Notes under the pieces: generated by a model
The model's input: the letters and a program-made list of their open reading frames with translations, nothing else
Database searches by the model: none
Told to the model about the DNA's origin: nothing
Made by a program: the position numbers and the translations under genes
Part shown: one piece after another, positions 41,316-53,386 of the stretch
How the letters are laid out: every line of letters begins with the position of its first letter
How positions within the stretch are numbered: the stretch's first letter is position 1
DNA from: an uncultured Actinomycetes bacterium
GTDB lineage: Bacteria > Actinomycetota > Thermoleophilia > RBG-16-64-13
Length of the DNA: 64,000 nucleotides
Assembly: GCA_963816155.1 (NCBI GenBank)
Contig: CAWFJE010000010.1
Location: 18,221 to 82,220, forward strand
Direction of reading: 5' to 3'

Positions 41316-42368
41316 TCAAGATGAGGCGGACGCATCCATGTGTTCCAGGATGCTGCCCACCTCTTCCTCTACGGCCTCCAGGACCCCTTTGCGCAGCACT
41401 TCAGCGCCAAAATGTAGGGCGTTCGCGATGGCCCGCCGCGATGAGTTGCCATGACAGATGACCACGAGCCCGCGAACGCCCAGGAGATACGTGCCTCCGT
41501 ACGCCTCTGGATCCAGCATAGCCCGCAGATCGCGCAGTTTGGGACGCAACAACGCTCCGCCGGCTTTCCCCCGCAGATCCGCTTCAGACGCCTCTCTCAC
41601 CCGAGAGAATATAAAGGAAGCGCACCCTTCGAGCAACTTCAGCACGACGTTGCCCGTGAAGCCGTCGGTGACGACCACGTCGGCGGCGTTCGTCAGCAGG
41701 TCGCGCCCCTCCACGTTGCCGATGAAGTGCAGCCTGGAGGCGGCCAGTAGCCGATGCGCGCCGACCGCCAGATCGTTGCCCTTGCCCGGCTCTTCGCCGA
41801 TGTTCAGGAGGCCCACGCGCGGCTGGCGGTGCCCCAGCACAGCGCGTGCGTACGCAGTACCCAGCAGGGCGAACTCGAGCAGGTGTTCGGCCCGGCAATC
41901 GGCGTTCGCACCCGCATCGAGGAAAACCACCGGCCCTGCGGCTCCGGGAAGGGTCGTGAGAATAGCCGGCCGTCTGATGCCCGGCGCCCGCTTCACCACC
42001 AAGAGTGAAGCAGCCAGCATGGCTCCGGTGTTTCCGGCAGAGACGAAACCTCGAGCGCGTCCCTCCCTAACCAAGCGCGCGCCTACGACGATGGAGGAGT
42101 CCGGCTGACTGCGGACCGCCGACGCGGGCTCTCGATCGGAACCGATCACGGAGCCGCATGGAACGACCTCCACGTGATCACAAGGCGTACCCTGCAAACA
42201 CGGTTCGACAACCTGCGGGCGGCCTACCAGCAGGATCTTCAGCCCAGACGAGGCCGCCATGAGTGCACCCGCCACAACCTCTTCGGGGGCGCGGTCGCCC
42301 CCTTCGGCGTCCAAAGCAAGGATGATGGGCGCCTCGCTGTCGGATGTGCTCGAGTTCACGTCTTGCAC
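41316..42368 (-). CDS. plsX: Phosphate acyltransferase PlsX
   Basis: ILALDAEGGDRAPEEVV ... PlsX fold; 350 aa. Confidence 0.9.
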   Translation of the reverse strand: MQDVNSSTSDSEAPIILALDAEGGDRAPEEVVAGALMAASSGLKILLVGRPQVVEPCLQGTPCDHVEVVPCGSVIGSDREPASAVRSQPDSSIVVGARLVREGRARGFVSAGNTGAMLAASLLVVKRAPGIRRPAILTTLPGAAGPVVFLDAGANADCRAEHLLEFALLGTAYARAVLGHRQPRVGLLNIGEEPGKGNDLAVGAHRLLAASRLHFIGNVEGRDLLTNAADVVVTDGFTGNVVLKLLEGCASFIFSRVREASEADLRGKAGGALLRPKLRDLRAMLDPEAYGGTYLLGVRGLVVICHGNSSRRAIANALHFGAEVLRKGVLEAVEEEVGSILEHMDASASS

Positions 42369-42509
42369 TGCGCTTCCGTTTCCGATGAAGGGGTTTCTTC
42401 TGTCGCCGCTCTGGAGAATGTCTCATAAAGAGCCACCCGGAAAAAGTCGATGGGTGGAACTGGGGAGTGGCCGGCTGCGTCAAGCGTACGACCAAGACGT
42501 ACAGAGTGG

Positions 42510-42538
42510 TTGCGATGCGAACGTTTGTTCACTATACT
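42510..42538 (+). promoter_or_regulatory. Candidate sigma-70 promoter P2 for rpoD: TTGCGA -17 nt- TATACT
   Basis: Read directly in the AT-richer divergent intergenic region upstream of rpoD. Confidence 0.4.
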
Positions 42539-42565
42539 GGTATGAGGGCAAAGTGAACCTACGTA

Positions 42566-42594
42566 TTGATTTCGTCGGCACGCCTCGGTATAGT
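42566..42594 (+). promoter_or_regulatory. Candidate sigma-70 promoter P1 for rpoD: TTGATT -17 nt- TATAGT
   Basis: Near-consensus -35/-10 with 17 nt spacing, about 65 nt upstream of the rpoD ATG. AAGGGAAG RBS before the start. Confidence 0.5.
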
Positions 42595-42660
42595 TTAGTG
42601 GTTTGCGTCACTGGCATGGTATAAAAAGCGAAAGTTTCGCCCCTAAGGGAAGAATGGCAA

Positions 42661-43752
42661 ATGGGCTCAAGAGAAAACGACATCGCTATTATGGACACCC
42701 GAACTATCGTCGACGTCCAGGATCTGGTCCTGGCGGGCCACGAACGTGGCTACGTCACGAGTGAAGAGATCATGGGACTGGTCGAAGAGTATGACATGAC
42801 CATGGAAGAGATCGAAGACCTGTACTCACAGCTTTTCGATCAGTCGATCGAGATATACGAGCAGAGCCCCGTCACCCAAGGCATCTTGGAATCTACGGAG
42901 CCCACGCTCGACCTCTCCATCCAGACAGTCACACACGACCCCCTGCGTCTATATCTGAAGGAGGCGGGCGAGATCCCTCTTCTCACCAAGGACGAGGAGA
43001 TCGAACTGGCCAAACGGATCGAGGCAGGCGACAAGCGGGCCAAGGATCGCATGATCCAGTCCAACCTCCGCCTGGTGATCTCCATCGCCAAGAACTACTA
43101 CACGCAGGATATGGATCTCTTGGACCTCATCCAGGAGGGCAACACGGGACTCATCCGCGCCGTGGAGAAGTTCGACTACCGCAAGGGGTACAAATTCTCA
43201 ACCTACGCCACTTGGTGGATACGACAGGCCATCACCCGCGCCATAGCCAATCAGGACCGCAACATCCGCATCCCCGTCCACATGATCGAGAAGATCAACA
43301 AGATGGTCCGCACGGAGCGGAAGTTGCTGCAAGAGACGGGCAAAGAGCCGAGCGAGGAAGAACTGGCCTACGAACTGGGTATCGATCCACAGGAAGTGCA
43401 GGAGATGCGCAAGATCGCGCAGCGCACCACCTCTCTGGAGACCCCCATCGGGGATGAGGAGGATGCCGAACTGGGTGATTTCATCGAAAACTCCAGCACT
43501 CCCGACCCGGCCGATGTGGTCAGCAGCATCATCGCCAAGGAGAGTCTCGACAGGGTCCTGAAAGCCATGGATGAGCGCGAGCGCAAAGTGGTGGAACTCC
43601 GTTTTGGCCTCAAAGGCGAGCATCCCCGGACGTTGGCCGAGGTCAGCTCCCGCTTCAACGTGAGCCGGGAGCGCATACGACAGATCGAAGCCAAGGCCCT
43701 CGAGCAGATCAAGGCAGCGGAGGAGATCCAGGCCATGAGGGAATCGGCCTGA
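42661..43752 (+). CDS. rpoD: Primary RNA polymerase sigma factor (group 1, sigma-70/SigA; short 363 aa form with acidic region 1.1)
   Basis: Region 1.2 [17 protein letters not shown], region 2 [42 protein letters not shown], region 4.2 [25 protein letters not shown]. Confidence 0.9.
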   Translation: MGSRENDIAIMDTRTIVDVQDLVLAGHERGYVTSEEIMGLVEEYDMTMEEIEDLYSQLFDQSIEIYEQSPVTQGILESTEPTLDLSIQTVTHDPLRLYLKEAGEIPLLTKDEEIELAKRIEAGDKRAKDRMIQSNLRLVISIAKNYYTQDMDLLDLIQEGNTGLIRAVEKFDYRKGYKFSTYATWWIRQAITRAIANQDRNIRIPVHMIEKINKMVRTERKLLQETGKEPSEEELAYELGIDPQEVQEMRKIAQRTTSLETPIGDEEDAELGDFIENSSTPDPADVVSSIIAKESLDRVLKAMDERERKVVELRFGLKGEHPRTLAEVSSRFNVSRERIRQIEAKALEQIKAAEEIQAMRESA

Positions 43753-43820
43753 GTAAGCCGCTCTTGGCAGCCGATGGACGGGGCGTCGTCGACCGCAACA
43801 GCTATGCGGCCAGTCGTTCT

Positions 43821-43852
43821 GGAGGGCTCACTTCGGTGGGCCCTCTTTCTTG
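43821..43852 (+). terminator. Rho-independent terminator after rpoD: 10 bp stem GAGGGCTCAC/GTGGGCCCTC with a UUCG tetraloop, then TTTCTT
   Basis: Read directly from the sequence. Confidence 0.65.
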
Positions 43853-43948
43853 GGTATTCGACACGTTCTATGGTCACTCCGATTTGCATGCCAAGCCACA
43901 GAAGTGGTAAAAGTAGAACAGCATTTCAATTCCGTAGGAGGGGTCAGT

Positions 43949-45391
43949 ATGTCTGATAAGTTCCACGAGAGAGCAGTCACCCGTCGAGAGTTTCTCAAAG
44001 TGGCGGGCATCGCCGGCGCCACCGTAGGTGTCGGCGCGGGCCTCGGCGGTCTTCTGGCCGCGTGTGGCTCGGACGAGGAGACCACGACAACGGCTGCAGC
44101 CGTGACCACGACCGCAGGCCAGACAACCACTACCATGGCGGCCGAGACGACGACCACGGTCGCTGCCGAGCCCGAAATGGGACGGGAGATTAAGATCGGT
44201 GCCGTCTCCCCTGTCACCGGGGCATTGGCGTCGTTCGGAGGGCCGGACAAGTGGATCGTCAGCTACGTCCTCAAAGCGATCGGCGACGGCGTGGTGTGCG
44301 GTGACGGCATGAAGCACCCCGTCACCATCATCCAGATGGACTCGCAGTCGAGCCCCGCCCGCGCGGCTGAGGTCGCTGCGGACCTGATCTTCAACGAAAA
44401 AGTGGACATGATGGCGGCCTCCTCGAGCCCCGACACAGTCAACCCGGCCGCCGACCAGTGCGAGTCGAACGGCGTGCCTTTCCTGGCCAACTTCGTCCCC
44501 TGGCAGCCGTTCTTCTTCGGCCGCGGCGCCACCCCGGACACACCCTTCACCTGGACGTGGATGTACCACTTCGGCATCGAAGACGCTGCCAATTGCCGCT
44601 TGGGCATGTGGGACCAGATCGAGACCAACAAGGTGACAGCCTACCTGTTCCCGAACGACGCCGACGGTCAGGCGTGGTCGGATGACGAGAAAGGGCTGTC
44701 GTCATTCTTGGAATCAGGCGGCTACACCACCGGCTCCAAGCCGCCCATGTATCAGCCGCCGGGTGAGGACTTCACTGCGCAGATCTCGGACTTCAAGAAG
44801 ACCGGCTGCGAAGTCTGCACCGGTGTCCAGACCCCGCCGGATTTCACCACCTTCATGCAGCAGTGCGCTCAGCAGGGGTATCAGCCGAAGATCATGACCA
44901 TGAGCAAGGCTTCGCTCTTCCATCAGAGCATCGAGGCCATCGGTGACATCGGCCTCGGCCTGTCCGACCACATGGTCTGGCATCCCAAGTTCCCGTACAA
45001 GAGCTACCTCACCGGGCAGACCTGTCAGGAGTTCGCCGATACCTACACCGCTGAGACCGGCCAGCAGTGGACTCAGCCGCTCGGCCAGTTGGGCAAGTAC
45101 GAGTGGGCCATCGATGTGCTCAAGCGCGTCCCCGATATCGAGAACAAAGAACTCTACGTCGAAGCCATCAAGACCACCAAGATGGACGGCATCAACGGTC
45201 CGGTCGACTTCAATCTACCCGTGGAGGCAGGCACAGTCCGTCCGGTCCCGAACGTCTACAAGATCAAGATCGCCGGTGGCCAGTGGGGCAAGTCCGAAGA
45301 CCCCAATTTCAAGTACGACCTGTATATCTGCTACGGGCAAGACCCGAACATGCCCATCGAGAAGAAGTTCGAAGCTATCGCGTACGCCTAG
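43949..45391 (+). CDS. ABC transporter substrate-binding lipoprotein (periplasmic binding protein type I, Liv/amide family) with a Tat signal and a Thr-rich linker
   Basis: RREFLKVAGIAGATVG twin-arginine motif, LLAACGS lipobox, (T/A)-rich linker, then a binding-protein fold. AGGAGG 7 nt before ATG 43949. Confidence 0.8.
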   Translation: MSDKFHERAVTRREFLKVAGIAGATVGVGAGLGGLLAACGSDEETTTTAAAVTTTAGQTTTTMAAETTTTVAAEPEMGREIKIGAVSPVTGALASFGGPDKWIVSYVLKAIGDGVVCGDGMKHPVTIIQMDSQSSPARAAEVAADLIFNEKVDMMAASSSPDTVNPAADQCESNGVPFLANFVPWQPFFFGRGATPDTPFTWTWMYHFGIEDAANCRLGMWDQIETNKVTAYLFPNDADGQAWSDDEKGLSSFLESGGYTTGSKPPMYQPPGEDFTAQISDFKKTGCEVCTGVQTPPDFTTFMQQCAQQGYQPKIMTMSKASLFHQSIEAIGDIGLGLSDHMVWHPKFPYKSYLTGQTCQEFADTYTAETGQQWTQPLGQLGKYEWAIDVLKRVPDIENKELYVEAIKTTKMDGINGPVDFNLPVEAGTVRPVPNVYKIKIAGGQWGKSEDPNFKYDLYICYGQDPNMPIEKKFEAIAYA

Positions 45392-45400
45392 GAACCAGTT

Positions 45401-45478
45401 GCCTGCGGCCCGGCAGGGCCGCAGGCCCGGTCTTCACAAGGAGGAGCAGCCGCAGGGCTGCTCCTCCTTCTTTCTTTG
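45401..45478. terminator. Two consecutive GC-rich hairpins (11 bp and 12 bp perfect stems) followed by TTCTTTCTTT; terminator for the + strand SBP gene at a convergent junction with coaBC
   Basis: GCCTGCGGCCC-ggca-GGGCCGCAGGC and GGAGGAGCAGCC-gcag-GGCTGCTCCTCC read directly. Confidence 0.6.
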
Positions 45479-45517
45479 TCCAGTGGGGCGCCGAAGATGG
45501 TGGCTTGCGGAGGCGGA

Positions 45518-46754
45518 CTACGCCGGCAGCGGAGTCTCGCTGCGTCTCCCCCGTATAGCCTGCGCGATGTTGTCGAGGATGATCTCGGCGATGGTCTCCT
45601 TGGGGGCGCGGTCGATCAGCGTCTCCCCGTCACGCCTGAGGATGCGCACCTCGTTGAAGTCGGAGTCGAAGCCGATATCGGTGCGGGAGATATCGTTGAA
45701 CACGATCATATCCAAGTGCTTCCGTTCCAGCTTGCAACGAGCCCGCTCCAGTCCCTCGAGACCGTATTCAGCAGCGAAACCCACCAGGTACTGCCCGGTG
45801 TGATGAGCCGCGACGTCGCAGAGGATGTCGGTGGTGGGCTCCAGTCCGATCGCGATCTCGTCGCTGCCTTTGCCTATCTTCCCACCGGCCGGTCCCCGCG
45901 CGACCTTGTAGTCGGCTACCGCGGCGGCCATGATCAGGATGTCGGCCTCAGGCAGCCGCTTCATGACCTCGGCATGCATCTCCTCGGCCGTGGGCGTCTC
46001 GATCTGCTGCACCCCCGGGACCGCAGGCATGTCCACGTTCGCCTCGATGAGGTCGACCTCGGCCCCCCGGTCGAAGGCCGCCCGGGCCAGGGCGAAGCCC
46101 ATCTTGCCCAGAGCTACGGTTGCCGATGAAACGGACGGCGTCGATGGGCTCCCGTGTTCCTCCGGCTGTGATGATCACGCGCAGTCCGCGCAGATCGCGC
46201 TTGCGCTGCACCTGCAGGCGTAGCTTCACTTCCGCCACTATGCTGTCGGGATCGGCCATGCGCCCCGATCCATATACCCCGCAGGCCAGCGCGCCCGATC
46301 CAGGTTCGACCACGAAGACACCCCGCTCGCGCAGGAAGAGGACGTTCTTCTGCGTGGCCGGGTGCTCCCACATATTGGTGTTCATAGCCGGCGCCACGAC
46401 CACTGTCTTCGCGAATGCGAGCACGATGGAGGTGAGCAGATTGTCGGCGATACCGTTGGCCATCTTGGCAAGCGTGTTCGCGGTAGCCGGGGCGATGACC
46501 ATGATGTCCGCTTCCCGGCTGTCCTCCACATGAGTGATGCGGGAATCGCTCCGCAACTCATTGATGTTGTCGAGCCGGCAGGGGTGACCTGAGAGGGTCT
46601 CGAAGGTCATCGGCGTCACGAACTGCGTGGCGGCCTGGGTCATGATGACCCGTACCTCCATGCCCGCCTTCTGGAGGAGGCGTAGCAATTCTGCGGACTT
46701 ATAAGCCGCGATCCCCCCCGTCACCCCAAGGAGTACCACGGGTGGGTCGGCCAT
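45518..46754 (-). CDS. coaBC: Bifunctional phosphopantothenoylcysteine decarboxylase / phosphopantothenate-cysteine ligase CoaBC, interrupted by a single-base frameshift near 46100-46112
   Basis: ORF 45948..46754 carries the CoaC flavoprotein domain and the start of CoaB (VIITAGGTREPIDAVRFIGNRSSG), then runs out of frame. ORF 45518..46102 continues with KMGFALARAAFDRGAEV... (CoaB). The junction is at a GGGC run. Confidence 0.85.
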
Positions 46755-46774
46755 GGTGGGGTCCTATTCGCCCG

Positions 46775-47053
46775 CTACGGCCGCGTGGGACGGAGGCGGT
46801 ACCCTGTCTCGCCCCTGGCCGCTTCGGACATGGAGATACTGAGGTAGTTCTTCGACATGGTGGCGATCAGCGGCGCCGCCGTAAAACCGTCCAGCGCCCC
46901 ACTCTCGCCAAGACTGTGATAGTAGCTGTTGATCTGCCGGGCCCGCTTGGCCGTGACCATCACGGCTGTGTAGCGGTTCGGCTCCTCGGTTTCACCTTCG
47001 CGCGCGCTGGACAGCCCAGCGAGCACCTCATCAACTGTCGGTTTGTTCATCAT
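46775..47053 (-). CDS. rpoZ: DNA-directed RNA polymerase subunit omega
   Basis: NRYTAVMVTAKRARQI omega signature. Conserved gmk-rpoZ-coaBC order. Confidence 0.8.
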   Translation of the reverse strand: MMNKPTVDEVLAGLSSAREGETEEPNRYTAVMVTAKRARQINSYYHSLGESGALDGFTAAPLIATMSKNYLSISMSEAARGETGYRLRPTRP

Positions 47054-47633
47054 CTTCCCTGATTAGTTCGATAATGCGGGCAAGCTCAGCTGCCGCCCTT
47101 TCGACGCTTTCGTTCACTATAACATAGTCGAATTCGCGCGCGCCCTGCCAGGTGCCGTCGGCGATGGCCGCCATCTCCTCCTCCGCTCGAGCCAGACGGC
47201 GCTGGATGGCCTCCTCGGACTCCGTCTTTCGACCACGGAGACGCTTCTCCAGTTCAGCCAAGGACGGTGGCATGATGAAGATCATCACGGCATCAGGGCA
47301 CTGCTCAAGGACCTGCCTCGCCCCCTCCAGCTCGATCTCGAGTACCACGTCACATCCGGCGTTAAGTATCTCCCGAACGCGGTCCCTGGGTGTCCCGTAG
47401 TCGTAGCCGCTGAAGCTCGCCCACTCCAAGAAAGCGCCCGCGCGGGCGCGGCGTTGGAACTCCTCACTGCTGAGAAAGAAGTAGTCCCGCCCGTCGATCT
47501 CTTTGTCGAGGCGGCGAGGGCGCGTGGTGGCAGACACCGAAAGGCTGAGCCCTGGAACTCGGTCGAGCAGGCATTCGATGAGCGTGCCCTTGCCTGCTCC
47601 CGATGGTCCGGCGATGACGATCAGTCTGGAGAT
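47031..47633 (-). CDS. gmk: Guanylate kinase; no canonical start codon precedes the P-loop, so the putative start is ATC at 47633
   Basis: In-frame upstream of the ORF-track start lies ISRLIVIAGPSGAGKGTLIECLL...SVSATTRPRR (P-loop plus the SATTR motif). There is no ATG/GTG/TTG in frame between the mihF stop and the P-loop. Confidence 0.85.
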   Translation of the reverse strand: MSRLIVIAGPSGAGKGTLIECLLDRVPGLSLSVSATTRPRRLDKEIDGRDYFFLSSEEFQRRARAGAFLEWASFSGYDYGTPRDRVREILNAGCDVVLEIELEGARQVLEQCPDAVMIFIMPPSLAELEKRLRGRKTESEEAIQRRLARAEEEMAAIADGTWQGAREFDYVIVNESVERAAAELARIIELIREDDEQTDS

Positions 47634-47653
47634 GAGCCCTGCCCTTGGCAGAG

Positions 47654-47986
47654 TCAGTCGGACAGCATGTCGAGCAGTTCCTTCCGCTGCCGAGGCGTAA
47701 GCCCGTTGACAGTCTTGGAGGAACTCACCCGGCAGCGCTCGAGCAGTTTGTTAGCCTTCACCCTGCCGTACTTGGGCACAGCAAGCACGAGATCGAAGAC
47801 TTTGGCAGTATGTACGCACTCAGGTGGGTCATCGAGGATCTCTGAGATGCTGACCTCGCCGTTGCGAAGACCTTCCTTGAGCCGCGCCCTCTCGGAACGC
47901 ACGTCATTTGCCCTCCGCAGGGCTTCCAGACGCTGCTGGTGGCTGCGTTCAGGTGTCTGTGGGGGTGTTCCGACTAGCTGGTTCAC
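47654..47986 (-). CDS. mihF: Actinobacterial-type integration host factor (mIHF-like nucleoid protein)
   Basis: 110 aa. Alignable to the mIHF pattern ...RRARAELKDRLKRG...VSALLEALPKVGKVKA...LGDRQRKALLEKF (here LTPRQRKELLDML). Conserved position upstream of gmk. Confidence 0.75.
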   Translation of the reverse strand: MNQLVGTPPQTPERSHQQRLEALRRANDVRSERARLKEGLRNGEVSISEILDDPPECVHTAKVFDLVLAVPKYGRVKANKLLERCRVSSSKTVNGLTPRQRKELLDMLSD

Positions 47987-47992
47987 AGCGCC

Positions 47993-48020
47993 ATTATACT
48001 CATGCGCTTCGGGGACGCAA
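47993..48020 (-). promoter_or_regulatory. Promoter for mihF: TTGCGT -16 nt- TATAAT. The -10 ends 6 nt before the GTG start, so the transcript is probably leaderless
   Basis: Minus-strand reading of the 92 bp AT-richer spacer between pyrD and mihF. Confidence 0.5.
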
Positions 48021-48078
48021 CTGCAATTTTTCTTCGTCTGGTCTCCCCACTCTGTACCTTAAGTAGAGGTGAAGACAT

Positions 48079-49119
48079 CTACCGGTGTGCAATACCCACG
48101 ACGGCGTCGAGGACAAGTCCCCGCGCGGAGAGCGATGCACTCAGTTCTGTGGCCAGCTTGGGCGCCAGCCACGGATCGCGGAACAGACCGGAGCCCAGCG
48201 CGACCACGCGAGCCCCGCAGGCAAGAAAATCAAGGACGTCTTCAGCGCTCACCACCCCGCCCATGCCGACGATAGGAACGTCCACGGCCTCGAACAGCTC
48301 GTAGACGCAGCGCAGCGCCAGTGGCTTGATGGCGGGCCCGGACAGACCTCCGGTCACGTTGCCCAGATATGGTTTGAGCGTGCGGCGGTCGATCACCAGA
48401 CCTTTGTAGGTGTTGACTGCCCCGAGAGCATCCGCGCCACCTCGCACCGCTGCGCGACCGATCTCGGCGATGTCGGTGACGTTCGGGGTCAGCTTGGCGA
48501 TGAGTAGCCCGGGCCAGACGTTGCGCACCGCAGCTACCACCTGCTCCGTCTCCTCGGCGTCCGCCCCTATGGACGCGCACCCCGAGTGTACGTTGGGACA
48601 GGAGATGTTGAGCTCCAGCCCCACCCTCCTTGTCCAGCCCGGTGGTTCTCGCTGCGGCGCGCCGGGAGTGGCGGCGTCCTCCCCGCCCAGAATGGCGTGC
48701 GTAGCCTCAAGGGCTCCACGGAGTCCCTCAGCAAGGAGAACGTACCCCTGCACCGAGAACCCGGCGATGCTGATGATCAAGGGCCGGTGGAGGGCCAGGA
48801 GTCGCGGAAGACGCCCGCGCAGGAAGCCATCCAGACCCTCCCCCTGCAAACCGATGGCGTTGATCATCCCTCCCGCCGTCTCCAAGATGCGGGGCGCCGG
48901 GTTGCCGGACCGCGGCTGAAGCGTGATCGTCTTGGCCACGTAGGCCGCAACCGGAGGGTCTTCGAGCACACTCGGGCCGAAGACCTCGGCCAGGTCGAAT
49001 ATCTCCATCGTGCCCGACGCGTTGACCAGTGGGTAGGAAAGGCGCAGTGGTCCCAACTGCACCGCCAAGTCGTTGCCGGGAACTGGAAGCGATCCTGAGG
49101 GCGGACCCATAGCACTCAT
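48079..49119 (-). CDS. pyrD: Dihydroorotate dehydrogenase, class 1B catalytic subunit
   Basis: PLVNASGTM..., IISIAGFS, NISCPNV... TIM-barrel DHOD motifs. Paired with the upstream pyrK. Confidence 0.85.
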   Translation of the reverse strand: MSAMGPPSGSLPVPGNDLAVQLGPLRLSYPLVNASGTMEIFDLAEVFGPSVLEDPPVAAYVAKTITLQPRSGNPAPRILETAGGMINAIGLQGEGLDGFLRGRLPRLLALHRPLIISIAGFSVQGYVLLAEGLRGALEATHAILGGEDAATPGAPQREPPGWTRRVGLELNISCPNVHSGCASIGADAEETEQVVAAVRNVWPGLLIAKLTPNVTDIAEIGRAAVRGGADALGAVNTYKGLVIDRRTLKPYLGNVTGGLSGPAIKPLALRCVYELFEAVDVPIVGMGGVVSAEDVLDFLACGARVVALGSGLFRDPWLAPKLATELSASLSARGLVLDAVVGIAHR

Positions 49120-50016
49120 CTAGCGCTTCGCCTCCCCCTCGCCCGGAGCGGCGTTCCGCCCCCACACCTTCTCCCCCGCGAACACCGGACCCTCCGCGCA
49201 CACGCGGACCAGGGAGCCATCCGCGAGAGCGATGACGCAGCCGTGGCAGGAACCGACACCGCAGGCCATGGCCGTCTCCAGGCTGTACCAGCTCCTGACT
49301 CCCTCCGCCGCCGAACAGGTGGACCATGCGGCCTCGGCCATAGCCCAAGGGCCACACACGGCAACGAGGTCGCCCGGCAGCAGTGCAGAGGCCAGCGGCT
49401 CCGTTACCAGTCCCTGCGTCCCCGCGCTCCCGTCCTCGGTGGTGATGACGCCGCGACAGGACAAGCCGGCGGCATCGAGCATCGTGACAGCATCCAGCAC
49501 CGGAACAGCAGCTTCCGCTTGTGCCGAGTCACGGAAGCCAAGCAGCACCAGTACCTCCGCGAGACCATCTGCTCGAGCACCCGCCCTCGCCAGTCCCTGT
49601 AGGAGCAGCGGGAGAGGTGCCACCCCTACCCCACCGCCCACGAGCACCAGCCGGCGACGGTCGAATCCCGCCCCGCCGCCGTCGGGGCCGGGGCCGGGGG
49701 CGGGGGCGCCCAACATGATGTCCATGGGGAAACCATTGCCGAGCGGCCCCAGCACCCACAGTTCATCGCCGACGCTGAGCCCGCTCAGTTCTCGCGTGCC
49801 CGCTCCGACAGGCGCGATAAGGAAAGAGACCCTCTCTCCGTCCTCGCGGGCGACGGACAGAGGTCGAGCGAGGAAGCATGCGGATGGTTCGGCCTGGAGC
49901 AGGGCGAATTGACCCGGCCGGGCGCCCGGCCAACCGCCCACTTGGACCGTCAGCCAGATGCTGCTCCCAAGAAGGCGTCTCTCTTCCACTCTGCCCGAGA
50001 AGCGCCTCCCCTCCAC
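49120..50016 (-). CDS. pyrK: Dihydroorotate dehydrogenase electron-transfer subunit PyrK (FAD/NAD-binding, 2Fe-2S)
   Basis: C-terminal CGVGSCHGCV...VCAEGPVF cysteine cluster; ferredoxin-reductase-like fold. Confidence 0.85.
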   Translation of the reverse strand: MEGRRFSGRVEERRLLGSSIWLTVQVGGWPGARPGQFALLQAEPSACFLARPLSVAREDGERVSFLIAPVGAGTRELSGLSVGDELWVLGPLGNGFPMDIMLGAPAPGPGPDGGGAGFDRRRLVLVGGGVGVAPLPLLLQGLARAGARADGLAEVLVLLGFRDSAQAEAAVPVLDAVTMLDAAGLSCRGVITTEDGSAGTQGLVTEPLASALLPGDLVAVCGPWAMAEAAWSTCSAAEGVRSWYSLETAMACGVGSCHGCVIALADGSLVRVCAEGPVFAGEKVWGRNAAPGEGEAKR

Positions 50017-50022
50017 GGCCGG

Positions 50023-53352
<3,330 letters not shown>

Positions 53353-53373
53353 GGATGAACCACTCTTCCTTTC

Positions 53374-53386
53374 GGCCTCACAGGGC
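53374..53386 (-). promoter_or_regulatory. PyrR-box-like motif (GCCCUGUGAGGCC) in the carB 5' leader, overlapping the ribosome-binding region
   Basis: Resembles the PyrR-binding consensus ARUCCNGNGAGGYU as recalled from memory (core CC-N-G-N-GAGG-Y matches). Sits about 20 nt upstream of the carB ATG inside a 272 bp hairpin-rich leader. Confidence 0.3.

Noticed and set aside
42178-42426. Arg/Lys-rich 82-105 aa ORF overlapping the 5' end of plsX; considered as ribosomal protein L32 (rpmF), which normally precedes plsX
   Set aside because: It overlaps about 190 nt of plsX in another frame. It lacks the L32 KRxxSxxRRxxRRSH-type N-terminus and the Cys ribbon. The plsX ATG at 42368 gives a normal N-terminus. 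It is probably a high-GC artifact.
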